Positions 35,625-49,206 of a DNA stretch of 64,000 nt are shown here, piece by piece (position 1 is the stretch's first letter; every line of letters starts with the position of its first letter). Location: NCBI GenBank assembly GCA_040285825.1, contig JAUPSS010000004.1:1778550-1842549 (forward strand), in the 5' to 3' direction. The translations under genes and the position numbers were made by a program. Source of the DNA: Eukaryota sp. TZLM1-RC (taxonomy: Eukaryota > Protista > Metamonada: BaSk clade). The notes under the pieces were generated by a model. It was not told where the DNA came from. It did no database searches and saw nothing but the letters and a program-made list of their open reading frames with translations.

Positions 35625-38597
35625 CTACCCTGGATAGTTTAACACTGTGGATAGAACCCACAGGATTGGATGACTCCTAAATCTTTTTAATGGATTTAGG
35701 TGATTATAATTCGAATCTGTTTTGCTCATTTTATAAATGGATTTGATTGAATTATTTGTAAGGTTATTGTTAAAAGATGTATAATCATCTGATTTATTAC
35801 TACTACTTTTACGTTTTCTATCACGTCTTTCACCTCCTTGACGCTTTTTTGAACCAGGTCTTCCCTTTAATTTAAAACATTTCTCTTCAGGATGTTTATT
35901 GGTTTTACATAAGTTACACCATTGCTCTGAAGGGATGGGTCGACTGTTTACTCTAGGGTTCTTAAAAGGACCTTTTGACTGGCTTCGTCCTTTTTGCGCA
36001 GGAGCGTGAGCACCAAAAGCTGTTCTTATCAAATTCATGTCTTTGATCGAGGATTCAAGGCTATTGACCTTGTTAACAAATGCGTTACCTAAATCGTAAA
36101 TCGCATCGCCCAGTTTCTCGTTACTTGAATCAAACTTGCCAATCCAAATGATATATGTGTCCATCAATTGATTGTTTGTTTTGTCGTTAATAGTTTCGAG
36201 AAATCTCTTTGCTGGGTAGACGACAGACGGATTACCATCCGTTCCAGGCATAATTGTAGAGCGTCGAATTATATATATGATCTGCTCTATGAAGGCTGTC
36301 CATGAAGATTCAGCAGTTATTCTGCGACTGATCTCAGGTGGTCTTACAGACCTTAAAGCCTTCTCAACATCGGTAGGGTATTTGTACTGGGTGCTGAGTA
36401 GCAAATATTCCCAGATTTCGGCGTCAGATGGGTTGTTGCCTAACACGTTTGTTCGGCCTCCATAAAAACTCTGCCATTCTGCGATCACCTTACCCTCGAT
36501 CATAAATCGCAGATACAAAGGGTCCACTTCGAAGAACATAGATCTAACGAAGTCGTACTGATGAGCAGGTTGACCGTATTTGGTGATCGGCGTAAATGCT
36601 CTGGTGGGTCCATCGCGATCCCTAACTGTTTTAGCCCAATTGCCAAAGTTAAGAACGAAGTCGAAGATCTTCTTGGCGTCAAACGCTTCATTTAACTTAA
36701 CTAGGCATCTCAGTTTGTCGTCTATTCTTTTCCTCAATTTCTCCTCGTCTGTTACAGGAGTTCTATAAAGACCGAGGGTGTCGACGAGAGAATCTCTAGG
36801 AGCATTCGTTCCTAGGGGTTGCGTGGGTATAGATGATTTTATAACAAATGCTTGTGTAGGAGTTGCTTCACAAGAAGCTCTCCTAGATGCCAGAGGCCCT
36901 ACAGAAGGTGTACTATATAGGTTCATATTCCTCTCTTCTGAAGGCAATGTTTCGCCCAACTTAATGATAAATCTTGTCTTAGGAGGTTCCTCCTGCACAG
37001 GTACGGTCTGGGCTGGTGGCCTTAAATCCACCCAATCTGGTGCATCTTTAGATCCTCTAGGGACCCCTGCTAGTTTATGATCATATGGAAGGCAACTGCT
37101 CTTTATTAAGACATTCTCAAAAACATTTTGGTCGGGCCAGCTATCAACCCACGCCTTAAGTTTAGCCATCCATGCATCAGGGTATACTAGTTTTAACTTG
37201 TTGGGGCCAACACGTTGGTCTTTCAATTCAATTACCCTTGTGCCTATTTCTCTAATATAGGACTCTTTGGTATGAAATTGAAGGGTGTCACCTCGAGATT
37301 CATCGAATCTGCCCCCAAGCATGATAAAAATGTCCGCAATGGAATCTTTTGGGTGTACATTCTCCACTAGGAAATGCCTTACGACGCCTCTAAGGTTTCT
37401 ACCTTGTTGATTATGAGGGTACATCTTAGCTATCCAAAATAGTCTGTCGTAAGCTTCTTGATTTCCACTGAAATATATTTTGTGGTCATCAATTGCATCC
37501 CTATGCCATTTGGCAGGCCTGGGAGTAGCAGCTTGATACTTTGAACGAGGTGCGTTAAAATAGCAATCCTCGACTGCACTCATTCCACACGAGACTGCCG
37601 AATCGGTAAGATCATCCAATCTCTTCAAAAGATTTGGACTCTGATCATAACTCTCGTAGACGACGTCGTCAAGTGTTTTGCCGTGGGCTTCCCCAAAGAG
37701 GAAGGGCCAACGTTTCGCTAAATGGTCACGTCGGACCTTCTCACATTCGGCTGGGTCTACGTCTCCCGCAAGACGCTCTGACTCATTCTCAGCCATTTTT
37801 AATAATTCGTCATCACTTTAATCCATTACATCTTCGGGAGGATTGGCGATGAGGTCCAATAAGAAATCTCTAGTTACAGCCTCAACTGCCTTTGCTAATT
37901 TCCTTCGGTAAAGACCCTGAGAAGTCCTTTCCGTAGATGGGAAACTAGGAGTTGGATTAGGAGGATTGGGTGTATGAGGTGGTTCATCATCGCTCTCATC
38001 CCCTCTCCTGCTGTAGTTCTGATTAAGAGATCCTCTGGAATCACTTTGAGGTTCCTCACTTGAGCTGATGTCAGAAGTAGGTGAGGAGGTAGTTTTACGT
38101 GAGGAGCTAGTCGTAGACTGTTGCTCGCCTTCGCCTCCTTCACCTTCTGTACAAGCGTCAGGTTTATTACTTACAACAAACGCTTTGAATCTCCGTTGCT
38201 CGCTCGGAGTGAGAAAACTCTTCCTACAAGGAAGGAGCTCCGAGGAGTTATTGGGATATGTGTACAGTTCTGTCACATCCACAACGTGGTTACCTCTCTC
38301 CTTATTAGGGAGGTGACTTCCTTTCTGGGAGGAAGGGCTCTCCTCAGTGTGAAGTTCACTCTCCTTATTAAGGAGGTGGCTTTCTTTCTGAGAGGCAAGG
38401 CTCTTCTCAGCAAAAAGCTCACTCTCCTTAGGAGGATTACTCTTCCCGAAGGAAGGATTACTCTCCGTAGGTGGAGGATTACTCACCGTGGGTGGTGGAT
38501 TGTTCTCCTTCAAAGAAGGGACATTACTCTTCCTCAGAGAGGAAGGAGGGTTATCATTGTGGCTTTTCAGGCCATTAATTAATGATGCTTTATCCAT
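35625..38597 (-). pseudogene. Gag of B (~990 codons) with one in-frame TAA at 37818-37820
   Basis: ORFs 37818-38609 and 35625-37796 are in the same frame, separated by TAA plus 7 codons; capsid region similar to A Gag (YGQPAHQYD..VDP..EIWE..TQY); CNLCKTNKHPEEKC knuckle. Confidence 0.85.
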
Positions 38598-38712
38598 ATA
38601 TGATAACAAAGAATAAGGAATAATTTATTAGAATTTCACCGGCCCTTATAAAGGCCATCACTAGTGAACTATGTTATATAAATGTACTAGACTAATTGTC
38701 CACAGTACAACA
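38583..38712 (-). repeat. 5' LTR of B (contains the gag ATG at 38597)
   Basis: Matches 24435-24570. Confidence 0.93.
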
Positions 38713-39622
38713 GTACTCACTTTTGTGCGTTTGGATAACTGTGTGTCAGCTTCCACACGATTCAGCTTTCTGTATATCATTTGTTTCATGTTCAGACAGT
38801 GATCGCCTTCTTGATTGAAGCAACAATGTGAAAAAGATTCAGTGTGTTGAGTGTTTAGTTTAGTTTAGTAGAGAGAAAGCTTTATCGCATTCATATTCAG
38901 ACAGTCACTTTGCGGACTCAGTGCCTGTGCTTATGGAGAAGGTACAATATTATATTGTATATATAATGGATATAACTATCATTGAAGATTAATTTACTGC
39001 CTAAAACTAGAAAATCGACAGTCCCTTTATTATTGGAGACAATATAAAAATTGCCATATTGAGTCTCCCCATGTTCACTATAATTAATGTTAGGAGCTTT
39101 GTTGTGCCCCTGATTGGTTCTTTAGGTAACGCTGCTGTACTGCTACGTAATATTATTTTAGCCATCAGTTCTGAAATGGACTATTGACAAGTCCGTTTAA
39201 GCACACTACAAACTACAACATTTTGAAACTAAACGGACAAACCACGGTCTGGACTAATTGATCAACGAATGAGAAACCAACGAACTAATGTCTGGTCCCT
39301 TGTTCGATTCAACGCATTACCGACATGTACATAATTAGAAAAGTATTCTAACTACCCCTTTGGAATATGTTTCTTGACCCAAATTTGTAGCAAGTGAATG
39401 AAGAGATATCAAGGATGAAGCCGGATTAAAATTCCCACTTAACTACATTCTCTGCACAATCAACACAATGAAAGTTGCTGATTGTGTTCTAAAAACACCA
39501 CACTATTGCTGGATAACAAACAAGAACATAAGAATAGATTATTGCAATGGTTGAATGGTATAGGAATGGGATGATTTTCTTCAATAATTTTTTGAAGGCG
39601 TAAAATTTTGATTCATCAAGAG

Positions 39623-42600
39623 ATGTCTGACCCTGCAGATTCTCAATCAAGTGCCCCCAACCGCAAGAATGATGGTAGTCAAAACGTCTCTAGAATTCGT
39701 GGCCGTAGGTCATCCAAACAAAAACAACGCCGCAAACCAAAGCACAAAGATTCACCAAAACATGAGAAGAAGCCTGACAACGACATCCTTCAAGAACTCC
39801 CTTACCCTCTACTGCCAACCAATATTCCTGATTTTAGCAAGGTTTCAATCTTTTATCCTTCCGATGAGAACAACATTACCCTCAAAATCGATGACCAAGA
39901 CCAACTGCACATTCTCCAACCAAGTAGTTGTTATGAAAACATTTCATCAATAACAGTCGATCTTCCCCCTGGACAACATTCGCTTCAGTTCTTCCAAAAT
40001 GGAGTTGCCTTGGCCCATCCAGGTTATCCTTTTTCCGATAGTAATGTCAACTATGTACTTGTAGCTGAAAATCCGACCGTTATGGAATTAGATTTGCTAT
40101 CAGATTGCACAGCCGAAGAAGCATTTGTTCATCAATGTGAATTGCTTCTATCAGATGACAACTTTTACTTTGGCTCTACATTGTTTGAATGGATTAGAAG
40201 CAGTAACGACAAGGTCTTTGTTTCTTGGCCCGACATTAAAAAGTCTCAACTGTTTAAGGATCTATCTTCTAGGTTTGGCAGTATTGCTCAAATGTCTGAT
40301 ACGGCTCTTGCTGATCTTTTTGAAACCAGTGATGTTATTACTTCTGATGTGAACCGTGGTCTAAAAAGGTCTGATCTCAACCTTACAACCAAGCAAGATG
40401 TTCTTGAGCGTAAGCTTTCATTCTTCCCTTTAATCAACACTGCTGAAGTTGGGGCATTGAATGAAGCTCTTTCTGCTACCTTTGATATTACTTCTTTTGT
40501 AGCTTACCTCAAAAACGGGATACTAACCGCTGATGTTTATTTTAGGTCCAAATCCGATCTTCATTCTTTGAAATCAGTGGGAGAGTTTCCTTTCAATGAC
40601 CGCATTCTCTCGATAAGATCAGAGTCTCTTTCTCCAAAGAATTCACAAACAACAACACCAAATACCCCTCCTAGATCCAATAGTCCAATGTCGCCAAAAG
40701 GAGCAAAACCGCAGCAAAAACCTGCGTCAAAGTCAAAGCGTAAACCAAAGAAGCCACACGAACTCCCTTACCCTCTACTGCCAACCAATATTCCTGATTT
40801 TAGCAAGGTTTCAATCTTTTATCCTTCCGATGAGAACAACATTACCCTCAAAATCGATGACCAAGACCAACTGCACATTCTCCAACCAAGTAGTTGTTAT
40901 GAAAACATTTCATCAATAACAGTCGATCTTCCCCCTGGACAACATTCGCTTCAGTTCTTCCAAAATGGAGTTGCCTTGGCCCATCCAGGTTATCCTTTTT
41001 CCGACAGTCATGTCAACTATGTACTTGTAGCTGAAAATCCGACCGTTATGGAATTAGATTTGCTATCAGATTGCACAGCCGAAGAAGCATTTGTTCATCA
41101 ATGTGAATTGCTTCTATCAGAAGACAACTTTTACTTTGGCTCTACATTGTTTGAATGGATTAGAAACAGTAACGACAAGGTCTTTGTTTCTTGGCCCGAC
41201 ATTAAAAAGTCTCAACTGTTTAAGGAGCTATCTTCCAGGTTCAGCAGTATTGCTCAAATGTCTGATACGGCTCTTGCTGATCTTTTTGAAACCAGTGATG
41301 TTATTACTTCTGATGTGAACCGTGGTCTAAAAAGGTCTGATCTCACCCTTACAACCAAGCAAGATGTTCTTGAGCGTAAGCTTTCATTCTTCCCTTTAAT
41401 CAACACTGCTGAAGTTGGGGCATTGAATGAAGCTCTTTCTGCTACCTTTGATATTACTTCTTTTGTAGCTTACCTTAAAAACGGGATACTAACCGCTGAT
41501 GTTTATTTTAAGTCCAAATCCGAGCTCCATTCTTTAAAATCAGTGGGAGAATTTCCTTTCAATGACCGTATTCTCTCGGTAAGATCAGAGTCTCTTTCTC
41601 CAATGAATTCACAAACAACACCACCAAATACCCCTCCTAGATCCAATAGTCCAAAGTCACCAAAAGGAGCAAAGCCAAACAAACGGAAAAAGAATTTGAT
41701 GAGTTTGCAAACACGAAGAAAGAATAGAGTAAAAAATCCTTTGCCTATTTATTCTCAATATGATACTATTCTCAATCGTCTTGAAAATGAAAATTTCTTG
41801 ACAGTAATTGCTACTACAGGTTCTGGAAAAACCACTCAACTTCCCCAGTATGCTGCAGAAAGATTTGGTTCTGAAGGAATAGTTATCTGTACCCAACCAA
41901 GAGCAATTGCTGCTATTTCTTTAGCTGAAAGAGTTGCCAAGGAGTTTGATGGAACTGATCCCGGAAATAGAGTTGGTTATGAAGCAAGAGGAAAAAAGAT
42001 CAATGGCAATCAGATAATGTTTTTGTCTGATTCATGTTTAATTAAGAAAGCCGCTGCTAATTTGACTTTGTCTGATGTTTCGGTTCTGATAATTGATGAA
42101 GCTCACGAAAGGTCATTGGATACTGACCTGGTCCTTGGAATTGCCAAGATTATAATGCAAAGACGAACACTTAAACCTTTGCGAGTAATAGTTTCTTCAG
42201 CTACAATAGACCCTTCAAAGTTTATTAAGTTTTTCCATAGTTCCAACCCCACCCCTCCTCCTCCTCTCAATGTTCCTGGTATGTTGTTTGAAGTTAAAAT
42301 AGAGGAGAGGCCAATGGAGCCGTCAACTATCATGACGGAACTTCCTCATTTGGTTTACGAGGCTATGTATAATCCAGATTATTATGAAGATGGTCGTCCT
42401 TCAGACCATGTATTGGTGTTTTTATCAAACACTAAAGACATTGATTCAACAGTGAAAAAATTCAACCAAATTTGCCGTTCCAACAATGATTTTCATATTG
42501 AAGCAAAGCCCTTACATGGAAGACTTACTACGGAAGAACAAAACCAAATTCTTCGCTTCGACTCTCAATCAGAGCCTGAGATTTTCGATAGTGACGATGA

Positions 42601-45600
42601 TTTATTTGTTGAAGATGTTAGAAAAAGGATGGTATGTTTCTCTACTAATGTTGCCGAAACTTCTCTGACTGTACCTGGTATTAAATTAGTTGTTGACACA
42701 GGTCTTGCCAAGGAAGCCAGATTTGATCCAGCACGAAGACTTACTGTATTGAGTGAAGTTTTGATTAGCAAGAGTTCTGGTTTGTTTTAATCTTTTCTAT
42801 TACCTTATCGCAGCTGATCAACGTAAGGGGAGGGCTGGACGACTGTGTAGTGGCTTTTGTTTAAGACTTTTTAGTTATAATGACCTGCCCAGAGCTTCTA
42901 TTCAACCCGAAATAATGAGATCAAGCTTGGACTTTGTTTGTCTCAAGCTACTTATGCTCAAACAAGACCCTGTTAATTTTGATTTTATTGACTCTCCAGG
43001 GGCTGAGTTATTGCAAAGTTCTTTGGATTTACTGAAGAAGTTTGAGTGTGTTTCTAGTAATGGTAAGGTAACTCCACTAGGGAAGCAGTTTTTCGATTCA
43101 AATCTCGACATTCGACTTTCATATTTTGTGTATATGTGTGCAAATCAAGGGTACTTGCTTCCAGCTGCTGCCATGGCTTCTATACTTACGGCTCCTGGTT
43201 CAATCTTTTTCCATTTCCAGTCTGATTTTACCAAGAAAATTGCTGCCAAGAATGATCGCAAGGAACAATCAGCTTCACTCGAGTCTGATTTGCTTCATCT
43301 TTTCCGCACTTATTGTCAATGGCATGCTGTGCAAAAGAAGAGTGTCGCCAAGGGTAAGGCTTTTGTTAAACGAAATCAATTAAATGGTAGGATTTGCAAA
43401 ACAATTCAGGAGGAACAGTTCAATATTGAGAGAAACTTCTCAAGTTTCAAGACAGAAAACCAATCCTCTTTGGCAAATGTTGAAGATGATCAGTTCAAAA
43501 CACTGTTGAGTCGATGCCTTTCAATTTGTTTTGAAGAGCAGATCTGCCAGTTCATAGAATCCTATGTTCCAAACAAATTTGATGTTTTTGTTTTAAGCTC
43601 TGGACTTCGGGGGAAAATTCACAATGAGTCTGGTTTTGCTAACGTTGAACCCCCTTCGAAATTTGCTCTTGCCTACACAATAGTTGATAATGACCGTGGT
43701 CTTTTCGTCAAACTACTGCATCCTATTCCTTTGAATTGTATATCTGCTGAGTTGAAGCAGAATATACAGACAAAGTCTATTGTCCATGAACAAGCTGTAG
43801 TAAGAAAGAACGTAGGACCTTGTTTCTTTGCATATCTTCGTCGTAATTTGAGTCAAAAAGTACTTCAAGAACCCCGCAATTCTCCCTGGAACTTTATTGA
43901 TCTTTTGTATGATAATTCTGTGGTCTCGGCTATTGCTCCAAAGAGTATTCTTCAGGAGGTAGTTGAATGGGGGTCATTTCTATTAGAAACTGAGATCAAT
44001 AGGCAACAAGATGAAGTTCGAAAATTCGACATCTATCATTGCAATGTGGAATTTTCTGCCAGTCTTCGTGTTCAATCTGTCTCAAAACCTGGGCCAACAT
44101 TGGTAATGAAGAGGCCTGCTACCGAGTCCATTCCGGAATTTGAGACATTTTGCAGAGGAGTTCTTGGAGGAAAGCTTATTAGGACTATCACAAACAATGA
44201 TACAAAATCTATTAGATTTAATCTAGGTAGAACGCAGTCTCATGATGTTACCAATGAAGGAGCAATTAGTAATGTAAATGGTTATATTGGGTTTCCTCAA
44301 ATTGATCCTGACGTTTATAAGGAAATATTGTCCAAGTTTGATCAAGCAGGACAACTGGAAGTGGAAGAATGTTGTAGAAAGGAGACTTTTGGTAGGACAC
44401 TGGAATTAACTGGAGATTTCGAAGAATTTGAACTGTATCGCAAATTTTCTAAATGCAAGGTCACCCAAACTCAAAAAGGTTCCATAATTGTGCGAAATTT
44501 CCCCAACAGTACTTCTTTAAAAGAAATTCGAAAAATCCTGCCCGATGGGGTTTCTCCCGCTGAGTGGAACACTAATAACAATGTTTCAAAGTCGTTTAAA
44601 CTTTTTTGTAACAAGAAAACCGGAGATGTCATTTCTCATCTTGAAAATTCAAGTCTGTTTCTGAAAGAGCACGTCATTACTTTCCCTAATAAAAGTGGCA
44701 AAATTGTGTCAAAAACTGTGAAACCCGAAGTTCACAACACTCGACCAGGCCTATTCAAGTTGGAATTTGCGTCAAATAGTGAAGCAGCGGAAGCTTTTGG
44801 TACTCTATCATCTAATGGTTTCCAATGTCAGTTCTTTGAAACATTTGAGCATTCTGGTGTTCGCGATTCAGCCCAGAGTATCTCCTCCACCATTGAAAGC
44901 CAATTTTCAGTTAGAGCTGTAGTGGCGAATCAAAACCTCTTTGTTAAGTCAACTGATGTGCAACAATTATCTGCCGCATCTCTGTTTTTGAGGGACATGC
45001 TTAATCCCATGAAGCTTACCTTTTCAGCACTTGATCAAAAATATTTGATCAAGGAGGTCCACAACAACGGGAAAATTGCAGAGTGGGAATCGATATGTAA
45101 TGTGGAGGTATCAGTTAAAGACAGCAAGTCTGCTAAGCAAGATACCACTGTTGTTAGCGTCTATGGATCACCACAAAATCAAGGACAATTCATGTCCTGT
45201 CTCAATCAGTACCATGCAGACTTCAAGGAACGCTTTTATGTAATGACTCTATCTTCACAAAAAAAGTCTCTTTTTATGGGCAAAAATTCAATTTGGAGTA
45301 AGTTTTCCAAGAATTTGTCTCAAGATATTAAACAATCCATATCAACAGAGTTAGGCAAATCAAGTTTGGTTCTCCATGTTTTACCTGATTCTGGGGTCTC
45401 ATTGAACCATTTACAAGGGATAGTAAATGAGTTTTTCGACTCGCACAAAATGGAAAAGTACGTCGAAAATGCCTGTGTATTTTGTGCATCGGTGTGTAAG
45501 AGTCCAGTTCTTTTGTACTTTTGTGGACACACTTGCTGTCCTGAGTGTCTCAAGAGCCTTGCTTTGAGTCTTGCGAGTTCTAACAATGAACTGAGCTGTC

Positions 45601-47936
45601 CTCATTGCTCTTCCTGTATTTGTGCAAAGGATCTGATTCCATTGTTCAGTGCTCGTGAAGAATTTATGGATCTTTTGGCCACAATTCTTGTCAGAACTAT
45701 TCAGTCAAATGATACTGATTTTAAAGACTTGTTTATCTGTCAAAATTCAGAATGTAGATATGTTATGCCAAAAGTGGAGGGTTATTCGTTTTGCCCAAAA
45801 TGTTCTTTTGGCCAATGTTCTTCATGCGGTTGTTTCAACGATCCACTTCATTTGAAAGCAACTTGTAGCCAGTATAGCGCGAAACGACGAAATTCTTCTT
45901 CAAATTTGGAATATCTCTTCACAAAGGCAGAGCAGTTTGTTAAGGAAAGGTGGACAATCAATCCACCACTAGCTGCTGGTAGTCCTTTCCGCAATCCTTT
46001 TTTGGAATCTGGATGTCCCGCTATGCAAAAGTTCCTCAACGTCGTCCGTGAAAAAGGAGTTGATTGTCTCAATAAGGTCGTGTGGGGTTGGCACGGAACA
46101 AAACATGATGCGGTGACCTCCATCGCAATGAATGGTTTTGACCCTGGTTACCGAAGAGGGCAAGCTTATGGTCCTGGAGAGTATTTTGGACAAGCCGAGA
46201 ACCCGGCTGTTAGTGTTGGTTATTCCAGTGGTTGCAGGTACATGTTGGTTGCTGCCATTCTTCCTTTGGACGGTGTCTTTTCTTCACACAGTTCTTTCTG
46301 CTATGTTGTCAACAATCCTAAAAATTTTCAATCATCCTATTGCCTTCCCGTTTTAATTCTAGAAATGAACAACAATGTTCCTAAACAGGACCTTTTGTTC
46401 AATAGTATTGATGTTAATCCTATTCACTGGGAAGAAGAAGGCCATTTCCTTCCCCAACAAAATCTGAGTGAGCAGAATCTCTCCTCTGTTGCTCAGTGGG
46501 AGTGGAAAGATGATAGCAAATGGAGAGCCTACCCTGAGTCAATGTCACGGTTGATTGAATCAAGATATGCCATGTTTAAAGAAGGTGAAGCCGAACCTTG
46601 TTTTATTGTTAAAAACATTGTTCGTTTAAGAGATGATCAACCACAAGACTATGATGTTGACTTTACCAACATGAAACAAGTCAATCGCAAAACCAAATAT
46701 GAAAGGAAAATTCAACGAAAGTTTGTTGAAATCAAGGACCCAGAAAGGGGGGTGTGGCTCTTTGACAACAATGGAGAATGGGTCAAATTTGATCGACTAA
46801 GCCAGTCCACCATTGAAGTAGCCTACTCCAACTATCTCAATGGTCAGGCTTCTGCTGTTGCGAGACTATCTTTCCCCGGTCGCCCTGAGGAATACTTGCT
46901 TGATTTCTCCACAGGAACCCAAACAAATACCCAGTCCGGAACTACAAGATTGATCAAGAGATCTACCGATAAGGACGATGTTGTTGATCAACAATCCTTT
47001 TCCGTGTCAGTTAAACATCTGAATGGTTTGGATCCCATGAATTTAACCATTGTTTTGGATTCTTTGATCAAGAATACCATCAAAAATGTGGGTATTGGAG
47101 ATGTAAATACTGGTGATGATCATGTAGATTATTCGGTCCATTGGGATGAATCTTCATCCAGTTTTGTTGTCACTCTTGAAGAACATTTAGTTAACTTGGC
47201 AACGGTTCTGTTTGCTACTACATACCATTATTTGACCAAGTCTGGGCTCGAAGTTGTTGATGGTCAGCAGAACTCCCTCTGCAATCTTCGTCTTCGCAAC
47301 ATGCTTTGTGGAATTTACCCTACAAGATTTACCTGCAGGTCTTCTGTAATGCAATACATTGCTCATCTTTTGGTATGGGAATTACAATATTCTTTGTTTG
47401 GTTTATATGTCAGAGACCATCTTGTACGTAATTGGAAGGCTCAAAGTATTGATGTTTTAATTCCTTCTTCAAGTAAATTAGGCGGTGCAATTAATAAGTT
47501 TATTGACCTAGTCAGGCAATCACATTTCCATCCAAAAGTGCAAAAGTTGGAGAAAGAAGACCTGTCACAGACAGTTAAAGTTGTTATCGGAAATTATGTC
47601 ATTCCAATTACTTTCTTTGTTGATGGGTTCTCTAGGCTATCCAATGATTCTTGTCCTCCTTTTGTTGATGCAGATGTCTCAAACTTGAAGGTAAATCAAA
47701 ATGGCTTTTCATTTGTTGAACCTGAAGCCTCTGCTGGAACAAACCTTTTCAATGTACTGAATCACTGTATTGATATGGAATATGAATTTTATTATAACCT
47801 TTCTGCAAATCCAGAAAAAGTTAATCATTTAGATCAACTAGTCAAGAGTGGATTCACTTGCCTGACCAGACTCCCTGTTCAGTATGTTGATAGAGTATTT
47901 GGACACGTACCTCATTTCTACAAGCCTGTGAATTAA
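39623..47936 (+). CDS. ~2759-aa multidomain protein: 2x(CBM48-like + La-motif-like + RRM-like), DEAH-box RNA helicase/HA2, RRM/KH-like region, RING, IBR, PARP-like ART domain, 2x WWE, nucleotidyltransferase-like C-terminus; intron 42780-42813
   Basis: TGSGKTT, TQPR, IIDEAH, SAT, STNVAETSLT; splicing the 34-nt GT-AG intron restores SKSSADQRKGRAGR; CVFC..CGH.CC.EC..CPHC; CQNSEC..CPKC..CSSC..H..C; WHGT..YGPGEYF; two W-W-Y WWE repeats; GLYVRDHL..IDV. Confidence 0.9.
39794..41676 (+). repeat. Intragenic in-frame tandem duplication (period 966 nt = 322 aa; copies 39794-40710 and 40760-41676)
   Basis: Near-identical nucleotide copies with scattered substitutions. Confidence 0.97.
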
Positions 47937-48486
47937 CTAATTTGTATAAAGTTGTGTTTTTGTCAGTAAATAATTGTATATATTTTTGTTTTTTTGTCAA
48001 TGTTGGATTTAACAGAAAATGGCAAACTTAAATATTACTTGAATTGGATGAATTGGTTATGTGTTAGTTTCCTGCTTTTTTTCGACTAAACAAAGTGCGT
48101 AACAACAGATTCAACACATTGCAAGTGTTTGTCCTTGTCTATGTGAAACAAACCAATGAAGAATTTGCAGATATTGTAATGATGACTAGTTATTCAATTG
48201 AGTTCTCTTTATCCTTATTTACAAACTGTTCATTTATCCATGTACTCAAAAGTAGATATTCCCAAAGGCAACGCTCACTGACTGACAGAAATCTTGAGTT
48301 AAGGTTTCGGTCACCATTAATATCGTTTTTTAAAAGTTTACCCTATATATTGTCTTTTACTTCATCAAATCTGTAGCATTTTGGGTTTTTCCACCAATCC
48401 CAAGCTCATAACTTTCAACGTAGATCAAGATTATCAAAAACTTCATCTTGCTCTGGATTCGAGGGTCATTTGACTCATAACTGATT

Positions 48487-49206
48487 ATGGAATCCCATGT
48501 TGAAGTGCTGTACTCCATGTACCCTGAAGCTGTTTCATATTCCTATGGTGTCCTAACTTTTGATTTTGGTACACTTAATGATACTCTTGATGGTCTTTTT
48601 GCTCAAATCTCGTTGTCAAACTCCTCTCAGACCTTTCACAGTAAACTATCCTGGTCATCTCAGCCAAAACATGTAGTTTCAGCTCTTGACCATTTAAGCA
48701 CTAACAACACCCTTGATTCTCTTCTAGAGTATATACTCTCTGTGCAGGAGGCTGCTGTTGATGTAAGGAAATCCATTGCATCCCAGTCAAAACGCGTAAA
48801 AGACTCCCTAGAATACCCTTTTACCATTATTAAAATGCCATCATTCACTGATAGGAAAAGCACATTTCAAGCGTTTGTTTCACAGTGCCATTCAATGGAA
48901 GATTGTCAATTATTCATAAACTGTCTTCTTCAAGATTCCAAAATAGCAGCAGCAACCCATAATGTTCTTGTTGCTCGCTTTTGCGTTGATGGTCAACTTC
49001 ATGTAAGAGCCGACGATGATGGTGAGCAGGGAGCTTCGATGGCAATGTTGAATCTTTTAGAGAAGACGGACGTGGTTAATATCATTTGTGTAGTGACTAG
49101 ATGGTTTGGTGGGATCTTGCTCGGACCAACTCGTTTCAGACATTTTGTTTCCCAGACTAGGGATGCTGTCCAAGAGGCGAGGAACAGAGGTTTGGTTGAC
49201 GACTGA
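48487..49206 (+). CDS. IMPACT: IMPACT/YIH1 family protein (RWD-like + UPF0029 ancient domain)
   Basis: DRKSTFQAF, KIAAATHN, DDDGE.GA, VVTRWFGGILLGP.RF.H motifs. Confidence 0.92.
   Translation: MESHVEVLYSMYPEAVSYSYGVLTFDFGTLNDTLDGLFAQISLSNSSQTFHSKLSWSSQPKHVVSALDHLSTNNTLDSLLEYILSVQEAAVDVRKSIASQSKRVKDSLEYPFTIIKMPSFTDRKSTFQAFVSQCHSMEDCQLFINCLLQDSKIAAATHNVLVARFCVDGQLHVRADDDGEQGASMAMLNLLEKTDVVNIICVVTRWFGGILLGPTRFRHFVSQTRDAVQEARNRGLVDD

Larger units (their letters stand above)
24571..35661 (-). pseudogene. Pol of B (PR-RT-RH-IN-chromo-like), split by A2 inside the integrase core
   Basis: IDNGA, YIDDI, ADASD/TDH, HHCC, HSDNG; removing A2 and one GCAT restores ...IFKGLC|DLLNIDVSRSLTSFSQSNGLVERRH in frame. 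Confidence 0.93.
24435..38712 (-). mobile_element. Ty3/gypsy LTR retrotransposon family B, interrupted by A2
   Basis: LTRs 24435-24570 and 38583-38712 (one substitution plus a 6-bp indel), TSD GTAC (24431-24434, 38713-38716), PPT 24571-24587. Confidence 0.95.

Noticed and set aside
48095-48376. 93-aa ORF upstream of IMPACT
   Set aside because: Non-ATG start, AT-rich intergenic composition, no motifs.
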